The notes under the pieces were generated by a model that did no database searches, was not told the DNA's origin, and worked only from the letters and a program-made list of their open reading frames with translations. From NCBI GenBank assembly GCA_965277805.1, contig OZ255842.1, positions 1,376,001 through 1,440,000 on the forward strand: a stretch of DNA of 64,000 nucleotides, given 5' to 3'. The number at the start of each line of letters is the position of its first letter. Positions within the stretch are counted from its first letter, which is position 1. Position numbers and translations under genes: made by a program. Below are positions 1-9,063 of the stretch, piece after piece. Origin of the DNA: Candidatus Lustribacter sp. GTDB lineage: Bacteria > Vulcanimicrobiota > Vulcanimicrobiia > Vulcanimicrobiales > Vulcanimicrobiaceae.

Positions 1-120
1 GGGGAGGTTGATCAGGTTGATGACGGTGAGCGGGGCATCGGCGGCGCGACCGGCCGGCGCGATCCCGAAAGAAAGTGCGGCTGCGAACAGCGCAAAGGTG
101 AGCCGTCGAAGGTGTTTCAC
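1..120 (-). CDS. 5' end of a secreted protein, probably a solute-binding protein; runs off the left edge
   Basis: Manual translation from GTG at 120: MKHLRRLTFALFAAALSFGIAPAGRAADAPLTVINLINLP, a signal peptide with an AxA-type cleavage region; AGGAG upstream. Confidence 0.65.
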   Translation of the reverse strand, partial: MKHLRRLTFALFAAALSFGIAPAGRAADAPLTVINLINLP

Positions 121-196
121 GGAGGAAGTCTCCTGCCGGGAGGCCCGGCTTCCCTCCCAGCCATCTCTATATGGCGTGTGACACTGTAGGCGGTGC

Positions 197-1630
197 ATGC
201 GGATTGCGTCCCGGCATTACACCGACGAAGGGCATCTCGCCGCGATCGACGGGCGTCTGGTTCAGACCCCGGACGCGGTGGACGCGCTCTTCGAGCGCGC
301 ATGCTGCCTCGAAGACCTCGGCTCCGACGACGCCGCGCCGGCGTACCTGGCCGTCCTGGCGCGCGATCCGCACCATCTCGGCGCGCTGACCAACCTCGGC
401 TTGCTCGTGACCCAGCGGGGCGATGCTGCCAGCGGGCGTGCCCTGTTCACCCAAGCCCTCACGCATCATCCGCGCGCACCGATCGCGCACGTCAATCTGG
501 GCCATGCGCTGCTCGAGCAGGGCGAAGTCGACAGTGCCGAGGCGCAGTTCGACGCCGCGCTGGCGGTGGATCCGGATTTCTTTGCCGCGCACCACGGTTT
601 GGCGCTGCTCTACGAGCGCGCCGGCGATGCGGTCCGCGCCGATCGGCAGTTGGAGCGCGCGTTCGATAAACGCAGCGCATGGACGCTGCCGTATAACGGG
701 GCGGGGCCGCCGCTGCGCGTGCTGCTGCTCGTTTCGGCGCGCGGCGGCGACATCGTGACGCATCCGTTTCTGGACGATCGCATCATGCAGACCACGATGT
801 TCGTGCCCGAAGGTTTTCGCTACGGCACCGTTTTGCCGCGACACGACGTGGTGTTCAACGGAATCGGCGACGCCGACCGCTGCCGGACCTCGCTCGAACG
901 CTCGCGCGCGATCCTGGCGCAATCGCCCGCCAAAGCGATCAACGATCCGCAGCGCGTGCTCGCCACCGCGCGCGATAAGACGGCGGCGCTGATGGGGGCC
1001 GTTGCCGGGGTCACGGTACCGCGCACCGAGCGCATCGCGCGCCGCGATGTGGGCGTGGAAGGCTTGATGCACCGCGGCTGGCGGTTTCCGCTGCTGCTCC
1101 GCGCGCCGGGCTATCAAGCCGGGCGCTATTTCGAGCGCGTCGACGAACCCGCCGCACTCGCGACGGCGCTCGCGCGCGTGCCGGGCGAAGAGTTGTTCGC
1201 GATCGAGTTCATCGATCTGCGCGATGTGCAGGGCGACGTGCGCAAGTACCGCGTGCTCTTCATCGACGGCCGGCTCTACCCGGTGCATCTGGCGATTTCC
1301 ACCCATTGGAAGGTGCACTACTTTTCTGCGAACATGGCCGAGCGCGACGAACATCGCGCCGAAGAAGCGCGTTTCCTCACCGATATGACGGGCGTGCTCG
1401 GCGCGCGCGCGCTGGCCGCGCTCGAGGGCATCGGGCGCGCGCTCGCGCTCGACTACGGCGGGATCGACTTCGGCATCGATGCCGCCGGCAACGTCGTCGT
1501 GTTCGAAGCCAACGCGACGATGGCGGTCTATCCGCCTGCGGGGGAGCAGTTTGCGTACCGCCGGCCCGCCTACGACGCCGTCATCGCCGCCGTCAGACGT
1601 TTGATTGCCGAGCGCGCGTCAGCGCACTAG
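197..1630 (+). CDS. TPR-repeat plus RimK-like ATP-grasp protein
   Basis: TPR-like helices (ALTNLG, AHVNLG, AHHGLA) then ATP-grasp motifs FPLLLR.PG, RKYRVLFIDG, LDYGGIDFG, VFEAN. Confidence 0.8.
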   Translation: MRIASRHYTDEGHLAAIDGRLVQTPDAVDALFERACCLEDLGSDDAAPAYLAVLARDPHHLGALTNLGLLVTQRGDAASGRALFTQALTHHPRAPIAHVNLGHALLEQGEVDSAEAQFDAALAVDPDFFAAHHGLALLYERAGDAVRADRQLERAFDKRSAWTLPYNGAGPPLRVLLLVSARGGDIVTHPFLDDRIMQTTMFVPEGFRYGTVLPRHDVVFNGIGDADRCRTSLERSRAILAQSPAKAINDPQRVLATARDKTAALMGAVAGVTVPRTERIARRDVGVEGLMHRGWRFPLLLRAPGYQAGRYFERVDEPAALATALARVPGEELFAIEFIDLRDVQGDVRKYRVLFIDGRLYPVHLAISTHWKVHYFSANMAERDEHRAEEARFLTDMTGVLGARALAALEGIGRALALDYGGIDFGIDAAGNVVVFEANATMAVYPPAGEQFAYRRPAYDAVIAAVRRLIAERASAH

Positions 1631-2814
1631 CGATCGAGCGGATCGGTTGCGCGCGGGTAGGTCACGATCTCGACGTTGACGTACTGACCGTTGCGCCTTT
1701 CGGTGCGGCGGATATACACGGTCTGCACGATGTCGCGCGACTCCTTGCCGATCTCGATCGGGCCGCGCGGGCTCTCGAAGTTCATGCCGGCGAGCAACTG
1801 CATCGTGCGGTCGGGATCGAGGCTGCCCTTTTGCGCGGCGGTCACGTTGTAGATCGCGTGCATGATATCGTAGATCGCAACGCTGTTGTAATCGGGCGGG
1901 GCTTCGCCCTTGTCTTGTTTCTCCACTTCCTTGACGAACGCGTCGTTGAGCTTCGAGGCGTGGTTGGCCGAATAGTTGCCGGTACTGATGATCCCATCGG
2001 CCATGTCGCCGTACGTCGGCAGAAAGCTCTCGAGCACGAGGCCGGGCGTCGCGAGGATCTTCACGCCCGCTTGCGCGAGCCCGGCGTCGTAGAAGGCCTT
2101 GAGAAACGGCTGCCCGCCGCCGTTGGCGTTGACGAACGCGAACACCGCCTGCGGCTTCGCGTCTTTGATCCGCTGCACGTAACCCGAAAAATCCGGGTTC
2201 GTGAGCGGCACCTTCACCTCGCCCGCCAGCGTACCGCCGCCCGACGCAAAGGCTTGTTCGAAGCCGGTCGCGGCGTCGATGCCGGGTGCGTAGTCGAGGT
2301 AGATCGCGAACACCGACTTGAGACCGTTCTGCAGCGCCCAGCGTGCCAGCGGCGCGCTCAATTGCGGCAGCGTCAAGCTGAAGCGCGCCATGTACGGATC
2401 GCCGTGCGTGATCTTCGACTGCGTTGCGTTCATGACGAGGAAGGGCGTCTTTGATTGCGCCGAAACTTGCCCGACCGCCACCGCATTCGGTGAGAAGATG
2501 ATGCCGGCGAGGAAATCGACCTTATCGCCGACGACGAGTTCCTGCGCTTGGCGCTTGGCCACTTCGGGTTGCGGCCCCGTATCATCGCGCCGGATCACGA
2601 CGACTTTGCGCCCGGCGATGGTGTCGCCGTGCTGTGCGATCCAGGAGTTGATCGCCGCATCGGCAACGCGCGATGCGGCGGCGGTCGAGCCCGAGTAGCT
2701 CGTGATAAACCCGATCTTGAGCGGCGGTTGATCGGCGCCCGCGGTGCCGCCGGCCACGTTCGCAGCGGCGATCCCGAAGACCGCCAGCGCTAGCGTCACA
2801 TAACGTCGAGTCAT
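1627..2814 (-). CDS. LivJ-like ABC solute-binding protein
   Basis: Start reassigned to ATG 2814 (GGAGG upstream; MTRRYVTLALAV signal); KIGFITSYSG, RRDDTGPQPE, FESPRGPI. Confidence 0.9.
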   Translation of the reverse strand: MTRRYVTLALAVFGIAAANVAGGTAGADQPPLKIGFITSYSGSTAAASRVADAAINSWIAQHGDTIAGRKVVVIRRDDTGPQPEVAKRQAQELVVGDKVDFLAGIIFSPNAVAVGQVSAQSKTPFLVMNATQSKITHGDPYMARFSLTLPQLSAPLARWALQNGLKSVFAIYLDYAPGIDAATGFEQAFASGGGTLAGEVKVPLTNPDFSGYVQRIKDAKPQAVFAFVNANGGGQPFLKAFYDAGLAQAGVKILATPGLVLESFLPTYGDMADGIISTGNYSANHASKLNDAFVKEVEKQDKGEAPPDYNSVAIYDIMHAIYNVTAAQKGSLDPDRTMQLLAGMNFESPRGPIEIGKESRDIVQTVYIRRTERRNGQYVNVEIVTYPRATDPLDR

Positions 2815-2874
2815 CGAAGCATCCTCCGAAAGCATCATTGGGAGGGCGGTACCGGCCCCTTCACGACACGCTAG

Positions 2875-2899
2875 TGGACTCCCGCGTACCCCCGGCGAA
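2875..2899 (+). promoter_or_regulatory. Putative promoter of the recurring nGGnn-N16-SSAW class (leaderless-looking)
   Basis: TGGAC-N16-CGAA, 11 nt before ATG 2911; no SD. Confidence 0.5.
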
Positions 2900-2910
2900 G
2901 CGCTCGGCTC

Positions 2911-4074
2911 ATGAAGCGTAATCCCGACCGAATCCTCGTCACGCACGCCGGCGCGCTCCCGCGCTCGGAAGAACTGCGCGAACTGATCTTTGCCCGTGCC
3001 GACGGCAAGCCGCACGATGCGGCGGCCTTGAAGGCGATGCTTAAGCGCGACGTGGCGGCCGTCGTGAAGAAACAAATCGCCTGCGGCATCGACGTGGTGA
3101 ACGATGGCGAACTGGGCAAGACCAACTTCACCAACTACGTGCGCGAGCGCGTTTCCGGCTTCGAGCACCGCGAACGCACGCCCGGTGAATACCGCACGCA
3201 GCACAGCATCTCGGCCCGCGACGAGACAGAGTTCGCGGAATACTTCAAACTGGTCGGCGGCGGCTTCCGCAATCGCAGCCCGCGCTTGCACCTCGTGTGC
3301 AACCAGGAGCTGAGCTACGTCGGCCAAGCCGACCTCGATGAGGATCTGAGCAACTTCCGCGCGGCGCTCGAGGGCGTCGACGTCGCCGGTGCGTTTATCA
3401 ACGCCAACACGCCGGGAACGATCGAGCATTGGCTGAGCAACGACTACTATCCGAACGAAGAAGCGTTTCTCTACGCGATCGCCGAGTGCATGCGCGTCGA
3501 ATACAATGCGATCGTCGCGGCCGGCTTCGACCTGCACGTCGACAATCCGGACTTACCGGACGCCTGGCAGATGTATCCCGACATGACGGTCGAGCAGTAC
3601 CGCGATTACGCGAAGCTGCGCGTCGCGGTGCTCAATCACGCGCTGCGCGACATCCCGGCCGACAAGGTCACGCTGCACTGCTGCTGGGGCAGTTTCCACG
3701 GCCCGCACAAGTTCGACATCCCGCTCGAACACATCGCCGACATCATCTTCAGCGTGAAGGCAACGCGCTTCTCGATCGAGGCGTCGAACCCGGCGCACGA
3801 ACACGAGTGGGCCGTCTTCAAAGACGTGAAACTGCCCGATGGCGCGATGCTCATCCCCGGCGTCGTGGGGCACTGCACGAACTTCATCGAGAACCCGCGC
3901 CTGGTCGCCGAGCGGCTCGAGCGCTACGCGAACCTCGTCGGCAAGGAAAACGTCATGGCCGGCACGGATTGCGGCATCGGCCCGCGCGTGGGTCATGAGA
4001 ACATCTGCTGGGCGAAATTCGAGTCAATGCGCGACGGCGCGAAACTGGCGACCAGCGAACTCTGGAGGTCGTAA
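2911..4074 (+). CDS. Single-barrel MetE-like zinc protein (methionine synthase II / epoxyalkane:CoM transferase-like family)
   Basis: THAGALPR, GIDVVNDGE, zinc ligands LHCCWG, SIE, GTDCG. Confidence 0.88.
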   Translation: MKRNPDRILVTHAGALPRSEELRELIFARADGKPHDAAALKAMLKRDVAAVVKKQIACGIDVVNDGELGKTNFTNYVRERVSGFEHRERTPGEYRTQHSISARDETEFAEYFKLVGGGFRNRSPRLHLVCNQELSYVGQADLDEDLSNFRAALEGVDVAGAFINANTPGTIEHWLSNDYYPNEEAFLYAIAECMRVEYNAIVAAGFDLHVDNPDLPDAWQMYPDMTVEQYRDYAKLRVAVLNHALRDIPADKVTLHCCWGSFHGPHKFDIPLEHIADIIFSVKATRFSIEASNPAHEHEWAVFKDVKLPDGAMLIPGVVGHCTNFIENPRLVAERLERYANLVGKENVMAGTDCGIGPRVGHENICWAKFESMRDGAKLATSELWRS

Positions 4075-5339
4075 TGCTCACGCCGAAAGAGAACGAACGG
4101 CTCACGCTCACGGGTCCCGGCACGCCGGGCGGCGATTTGCTGCGCCGCTATTGGCAACCCGTGGCGCTCTCGAGCGAACTGCGGCCGTTCGCGCCGATCC
4201 CGACCAAGCTCATGGGCGAAGATCTGGTGCTCTTTCGCGACGACGATGGCCAGCCGGGCCTGCTCGGGCGAACGTGTCCGCATCGCGGGGTCGACCTGAG
4301 CTTCGGTCGCTGTGAAGACGGCGGGCTGCGATGCGTCTATCACGGGTGGCTCTTCGCGCGCGACGGCGCGGTGCTGGAACAGCCGGGAGAGCCGGCCGAA
4401 AGCACGTTCCGCAATCGCGTGCGCCAGAAAGCTTACCCGTGCGTTGAGAAAAACGGGCTGATCCTCACCTATATGGGGCCGGGCGACCCGCCGGCGTTCC
4501 CGACTTTACCGTTCTTCGATCTGCCGGCGGAACAAGTGTGGGCGACGCGCATCATGCAGGAGTGCAACTACCTGCAAGGGCTGGAAGGCGACGTCGATCC
4601 GCAGCATCTTTCGTTTCTGCACCGCTTCCTCAACGTCGCGCCGGACGCCGTCCGCGACACGACGACGTTCACCGCGAAAGATCCGGCGCCCGAAATTCTC
4701 GTCGAGGAGACGACGTTCGGTTTCCGGATTTACGCCTTGCGCGATGCCGATGAAGAGCAGCGCTACGTGCGCGTGACCAACTTCGTCATGCCCAACAACT
4801 CGGCATTCGCGGCCGGGCCGCCGGTCGATCCCAAGACCAAGAAACTCGGGCGCAACACGCACTACCGCATGCACTGGCACGTTCCGGCCGACGACGTCAC
4901 GCATTGGAAGTACGAGATGGCGGTGCGGCTCGACGGTCCGGTCGACCGCGACTACATGGCCCGCATCTTTCCGCACGCGCCGGGCGAGCCGCTCGAGCGC
5001 AATTTGCACAACCGCTATCTGCAAGATCGCAACGAACAGCGCACCAAAACGTTCACCGGCATCGGCAACGTGTTCAACGATCACGACCGGCTCGCGACCG
5101 AAAGCATGGGCCCGATCTTCGACCGCTCGCAAGAACATCTGGGCGCGACCGATCGCGGCGTGACGCTGCTGCGGCGCATGCTGCTGCGCGCGCTCGACGA
5201 GGTGGAAGCGGGCCGCGATCCGCTGGCCGTGCAGCGCGTGCCGCAGCCCGATCCGTACGACGGTCTGGTCGTGATCGAACAGTTCGTTCCGAAAAGCCGC
5301 GACGTGCACGGGTTCTGGAACGCGGAAGTGCGCGCGTGA
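4074..5339 (+). CDS. Rieske oxygenase, phthalate 4,5-dioxygenase/LigX-like alpha-only family
   Basis: GPGTPGG..LRRYWQP; Rieske CPH...CVYH; mononuclear Fe DPQHLSFLH and DRLATESMG; TAATG overlap with upstream gene. Confidence 0.92.
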   Translation: MLTPKENERLTLTGPGTPGGDLLRRYWQPVALSSELRPFAPIPTKLMGEDLVLFRDDDGQPGLLGRTCPHRGVDLSFGRCEDGGLRCVYHGWLFARDGAVLEQPGEPAESTFRNRVRQKAYPCVEKNGLILTYMGPGDPPAFPTLPFFDLPAEQVWATRIMQECNYLQGLEGDVDPQHLSFLHRFLNVAPDAVRDTTTFTAKDPAPEILVEETTFGFRIYALRDADEEQRYVRVTNFVMPNNSAFAAGPPVDPKTKKLGRNTHYRMHWHVPADDVTHWKYEMAVRLDGPVDRDYMARIFPHAPGEPLERNLHNRYLQDRNEQRTKTFTGIGNVFNDHDRLATESMGPIFDRSQEHLGATDRGVTLLRRMLLRALDEVEAGRDPLAVQRVPQPDPYDGLVVIEQFVPKSRDVHGFWNAEVRA

Positions 5340-6262
5340 AGCGTGCCGCAGCCCTCGCGCTGCTGGCCGCCGCGAGCGCGGCACCGCTGGCCGCGCAAAC
5401 GCTCGCACCGGTGCGGATCGGCACCTCGCTCAGCGATCCGTTCCTCGAGCCGTACTACGGCGTCGATCAGGGATTTTTCGCGAATGCCGGCATCAACGCC
5501 GACGTGCAAGCGCTGGCGAACGGATCGACGATCATGGCGGCGGTGCTCGGCGGCGCGCTAGATACGGGCAATACCGATCTCACGCAGCTGGCTAACGCCT
5601 ACAATCGCGGGGTCGACGTCGGCGTGTTAGCCGCCGGCGCGATCTACGATTCGAAGCTGCCCACGATTTCGCTCGTCGTGCGCAAAGACAGCCCGCTCAA
5701 ATCGCCCAAGGATTTCGAAGGCCAGATCATCGCCGTTCCCAACTTGAAGTCGACCGGCGGGATAGCGATATCCGAATGGCTGATCCGTGGCGGGGCCGAC
5801 CTCTCCAAGGTCAAGTTTTTCGAAATGCTCTTTCCCGAGATGGGTCCGGCGCTGGCGTCGGGCCGCGTTTCCGCGGCGCTCAACGGCGAACCGTTCTTGA
5901 CCGATGCGAAGAACGACATCCGCCGGATCGTCAACCCGTACGACTACGTTGCGAAGAACTTCTACACCGGCGTGTGGTTTGCGAAACGGAGCTGGCTCAA
6001 CGCCAACGTCGCCGCGGCGAAAGCGTTCACCGCGGCGATGTACACGACCGCGCGCTGGGCGAACTCGCACCAGAGCGATTCGGCCGTGATCGCGGCCCGG
6101 CTCACCAAGCTCGACGTGCAGAAGGTGCGCTCGTTCGTGCGCAACACGTTCTCCACATCGCTCGACGTGCGGTACGCGCAGCCGTTGCTCGACCTCGCCT
6201 TCAAGTACAAGCTGATCGACAAAGCCACGTCGGCGTCCGACCTGTTCTGGACCCCTGCCTAG
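5336..6262 (+). CDS. SsuA/TauA-like ABC solute-binding protein (subfamily A)
   Basis: GTGA overlap start; signal peptide; EPYYGVDQGFF, WANSH, QPLLDLAFKY. Confidence 0.9.
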   Translation: MKRAAALALLAAASAAPLAAQTLAPVRIGTSLSDPFLEPYYGVDQGFFANAGINADVQALANGSTIMAAVLGGALDTGNTDLTQLANAYNRGVDVGVLAAGAIYDSKLPTISLVVRKDSPLKSPKDFEGQIIAVPNLKSTGGIAISEWLIRGGADLSKVKFFEMLFPEMGPALASGRVSAALNGEPFLTDAKNDIRRIVNPYDYVAKNFYTGVWFAKRSWLNANVAAAKAFTAAMYTTARWANSHQSDSAVIAARLTKLDVQKVRSFVRNTFSTSLDVRYAQPLLDLAFKYKLIDKATSASDLFWTPA

Positions 6263-6264
6263 TG

Positions 6265-6292
6265 GATTCACGGAACGTGAATCGACTATTTT
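6265..6292. terminator. Hairpin between convergent genes, possible bidirectional terminator
   Basis: GATTCACG-GAA-CGTGAATC (8-bp stem) followed by GACTATTTT. Confidence 0.55.
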
Positions 6293-7464
6293 AACGGCGT
6301 GCCGCCGGGTTTGCTGATCGGCTCGAAGTCGCTCGCGGCCGCGTTGAAGCGCGCGAGTTCGAAGCCGTCTTGGCCCGATCCGCGCTCGCCGAAACGGAAG
6401 TCGTAGATCGCATTCGCGCCCGGCCAATCGTGCAAGTGTGCGAAGTAGGCGTGCAACTGCGCGGCGGTCGGATCGGCCGGCACCTTGCGCAGCGCGTCCG
6501 TGACCAGGATCGTCATGTCGTAGGCGTTCGCGTAGCCGCCGTCGGGCTTGAGCCCGTTCTGCTCGAAGAGCGTGTCGAAGTCGCGCTCGACCTTCGCGAT
6601 GCGCGGCGGCACGGCCGAACCTTTGACGGCGGCCGGTATCGTGAGGAAGTGCAGTTCTTTCGGGGCGATGCTGGCCAGCTGCTGGATCTGCGCGATCGTC
6701 ATGTTGGCGCCGTTGGTCACGAGCGGTATGTCGAGGCCGCTATCGTGGAAGCCGCGCACGACCGTCGAGAACGGGCTGCCGACCGTCCACGAGATCAGCA
6801 CTTGCGGATTCGACGCTTTGATCTGCGCCATCTGCGCGGCGACGCTTTGATCGGTCGGGTTGAAGTACTCGTGTGACACGAGGCTCAAGCCGGCGCTCTC
6901 GTGCAGTGCGAACGCGTCCATGAACGCCTTGTCGAGGGCGGCGCCGCTGGCGTCGGTGGAGTTGAGCATCGCGAAACGTTTGAACCCGCGTTCGCGGTAG
7001 TAGCGCAGAACCACGACTGCGTTGTCGAGCGCGGTTCCGGCGGTCGCGTAGACGTACCCGCCGGTGTTGATGTAGGGCGAGATGCAGAACATCACCGGCC
7101 CGTTCGCGGCGACCAGCGGGGCGACCGCGCCGCAGGTGGCGGTGACGGCCGGTCCGAGGATGACCGGTACTTTCTTTGCGATGAGGCCGTTCGCAAACTG
7201 AACCGATTGCTGCGGGCTCGATTGATCGTCGAGGAAGACGACGTGCAGCGGACGGCCGTGAATGCCGCCCGTCTTGTTGATGCGGTCTTGGACGAGCGTC
7301 ATCGTTTTCTGCGATGCCTGGCCGAAGAACGCAAACGGCCCGGTCAGCGGCAGAATCGCGTTGAGTTCGTACGGCGCCCCCGCCGTTTGAGCGGATCCAC
7401 CGGCCGCGAGCGATGCGACCAGCGCAATAGCGAACGCGAAGGCGGGAATACATCGAGCTTTCAT
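6286..7464 (-). CDS. LivJ-like ABC solute-binding protein
   Basis: Signal peptide; AILPLTGP, INKTGGIHGRPL, DDQSSPQ. Confidence 0.9.
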   Translation of the reverse strand: MKARCIPAFAFAIALVASLAAGGSAQTAGAPYELNAILPLTGPFAFFGQASQKTMTLVQDRINKTGGIHGRPLHVVFLDDQSSPQQSVQFANGLIAKKVPVILGPAVTATCGAVAPLVAANGPVMFCISPYINTGGYVYATAGTALDNAVVVLRYYRERGFKRFAMLNSTDASGAALDKAFMDAFALHESAGLSLVSHEYFNPTDQSVAAQMAQIKASNPQVLISWTVGSPFSTVVRGFHDSGLDIPLVTNGANMTIAQIQQLASIAPKELHFLTIPAAVKGSAVPPRIAKVERDFDTLFEQNGLKPDGGYANAYDMTILVTDALRKVPADPTAAQLHAYFAHLHDWPGANAIYDFRFGERGSGQDGFELARFNAAASDFEPISKPGGTPLK

Positions 7465-7472
7465 GGACGCAC

Positions 7473-7501
7473 AGCGTAGGTGACCGGTACGTCCGCGTCA
7501 A
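7473..7501 (-). promoter_or_regulatory. Sigma70-type promoter, probably leaderless or short-leader
   Basis: Minus strand TTGACG-N17-TACGCT, 8 nt before ATG 7464. Confidence 0.6.
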
Positions 7502-7566
7502 TGGACATTCGGCGCGAAGCCGTGCCGGCCGGAGGAGATTTCCCCCAAAAGCGCCGAGTGGCCGGT

Positions 7567-8508
7567 ATGAATCGCCGCACGACGCTCTCTATGCTTGCCG
7601 CCGCACCCGCGCTCGGCTTCCCCGGGATCGCGCGCGCGGCCGAGCCCGTCCCGCTGCAATTGGGCACGATGGGCGCTGATGGATCCGCCGAGCCGTTCTA
7701 CGGTTCCGATCACGGCTTCTTCAAGGACGCCGGCCTCGACGTGAAGATCACGGTGATGAACAACACTGCCTCGCTCGCATCGGCCGTCGCCGGCGGTGCG
7801 CTCGAGATCGGCTACGGCAGCGTCATCCCGCTCGCCCAAGCGCATTTGCGCGGGCTCGAGTTTCGCGTCATCGCGCCGGCCTTCGAAGCCGGCGGACCGC
7901 AATTGACCAACGTCATCATGGTCGGGAAGAATTCGACTGCGAAAACCGGCGCGGATCTCAACAACACGACGGTTGCCGTGAACGGCTTGCGCGACCTCAC
8001 GCAATACGAGATGCAAGCCTGGATCGATCAGAACGGCGGCGACGTCAAGACGGTCAAGCTGATCGAGATTCCGTTCCCCGAGATGGGCGTCGCGGTCGAG
8101 AGCGGGCGCGTCTCAGCCGCGATTCTTGCCGAACCGTTCACGACGCAAGCGCTGGCGCTCGGACAGGGACGGATCATCGGCAACGCATCGCAGAGCGTCG
8201 GCCGCCATTACGTCGCGACGTGCTGGTTCGCAACGCCGGCCTGGCTGCAAGCGCATGCCGATACCGCGCGCCGCCTGCAAGCGTCGATGTTGAAAATCGC
8301 CAAATGGGCCAACGCGAACCACTCCGATACGCAGCAGATCATTCTGAAGTACACGAAGATTACACCTGAAGTCGCCGCCAAGATGGTGCGCACGACCTAC
8401 GGCGAGGCGAAGGTGACCGCGGCGGAGATTCAACCGGTGATCGATCTCGCCGTCAAGTACGGCGGCATGGATCCCGTCTCCGCATCAGACCTCATTTGGC
8501 AAGGCTAA
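7567..8508 (+). CDS. SsuA/TauA-like ABC solute-binding protein (subfamily A), Tat-like signal
   Basis: Start ATG 7567, MNRRTTLSML...ARA; EPFYGSDHGFF, WANANH, QPVIDLAVKY. Confidence 0.9.
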   Translation: MNRRTTLSMLAAAPALGFPGIARAAEPVPLQLGTMGADGSAEPFYGSDHGFFKDAGLDVKITVMNNTASLASAVAGGALEIGYGSVIPLAQAHLRGLEFRVIAPAFEAGGPQLTNVIMVGKNSTAKTGADLNNTTVAVNGLRDLTQYEMQAWIDQNGGDVKTVKLIEIPFPEMGVAVESGRVSAAILAEPFTTQALALGQGRIIGNASQSVGRHYVATCWFATPAWLQAHADTARRLQASMLKIAKWANANHSDTQQIILKYTKITPEVAAKMVRTTYGEAKVTAAEIQPVIDLAVKYGGMDPVSASDLIWQG

Positions 8509-9002
8509 GCGGGCTTGGGTTTGGGCGGGCGCAGCGGCTCGTACGTCGCCTGCGCTTCGTCTTGCACGCGGCTCGGGTGCTCGCCCCGTTCCAATTGCGC
8601 GAGCAAGTCGTCGAATAGCCGCGCGCCCAGCGGCACGAGCGTCTCGAAGTAGAGCTTCGCGGGCGAACTGTCGGCCGGGATCGGCACGGCGCCGGCGATC
8701 GCGATCGGGCCGGTATCGATCCCCTCGTCGACCCAGAACCAGGTCACGCCCGTCTCTTTATCGCCCATTTTGAACGTCCAGTAGACCGCGTCGCCGCCGC
8801 GGTGGCGCGGGAGCAAGCTCGGGTGAAAGCACAGCACGCCGAGACCGGCCTCGGCGATTTCCGGCGCCTTGAGGATGCGCGTGACGTTGGCCAGCACGAT
8901 CAGCTCGTAGGGCCGCTCCTCGACGATCTCGTGGCCCCGCTTGCGGCAGACGGCAAGCGTTTCGTCGTAGATGGGGCCGGTCCCGAAAACTTTGATGCGC
9001 AT
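8505..9002 (-). CDS. Stand-alone formyltransferase N-domain (10-formyl-THF hydrolase/transferase-like), 165 aa
   Basis: HPSLLPRHRG, GVTWFWVDEGIDTG, QATYE; no C-terminal Fmt domain. Confidence 0.85.
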   Translation of the reverse strand: MRIKVFGTGPIYDETLAVCRKRGHEIVEERPYELIVLANVTRILKAPEIAEAGLGVLCFHPSLLPRHRGGDAVYWTFKMGDKETGVTWFWVDEGIDTGPIAIAGAVPIPADSSPAKLYFETLVPLGARLFDDLLAQLERGEHPSRVQDEAQATYEPLRPPKPKPA

Positions 9003-9028
9003 CGTGTCGCGCCGTGGCTTCCCCATCG

Positions 9029-9053
9029 AGGCGTCGAGTCCATGGCGGGCGAA
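9029..9053 (+). promoter_or_regulatory. Putative nGGnn-N16-SSAW promoter
   Basis: AGGCG-N16-CGAA, 10 nt before ATG 9064; no SD. Confidence 0.5.
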
Positions 9054-9063
9054 CGGCGCGCGC

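Noticed and set aside
197-1630. Graspetide RiPP cluster around the ATP-grasp gene
   Set aside because: No adjacent precursor with repeated Thr/Ser/Lys and Asp/Glu cores
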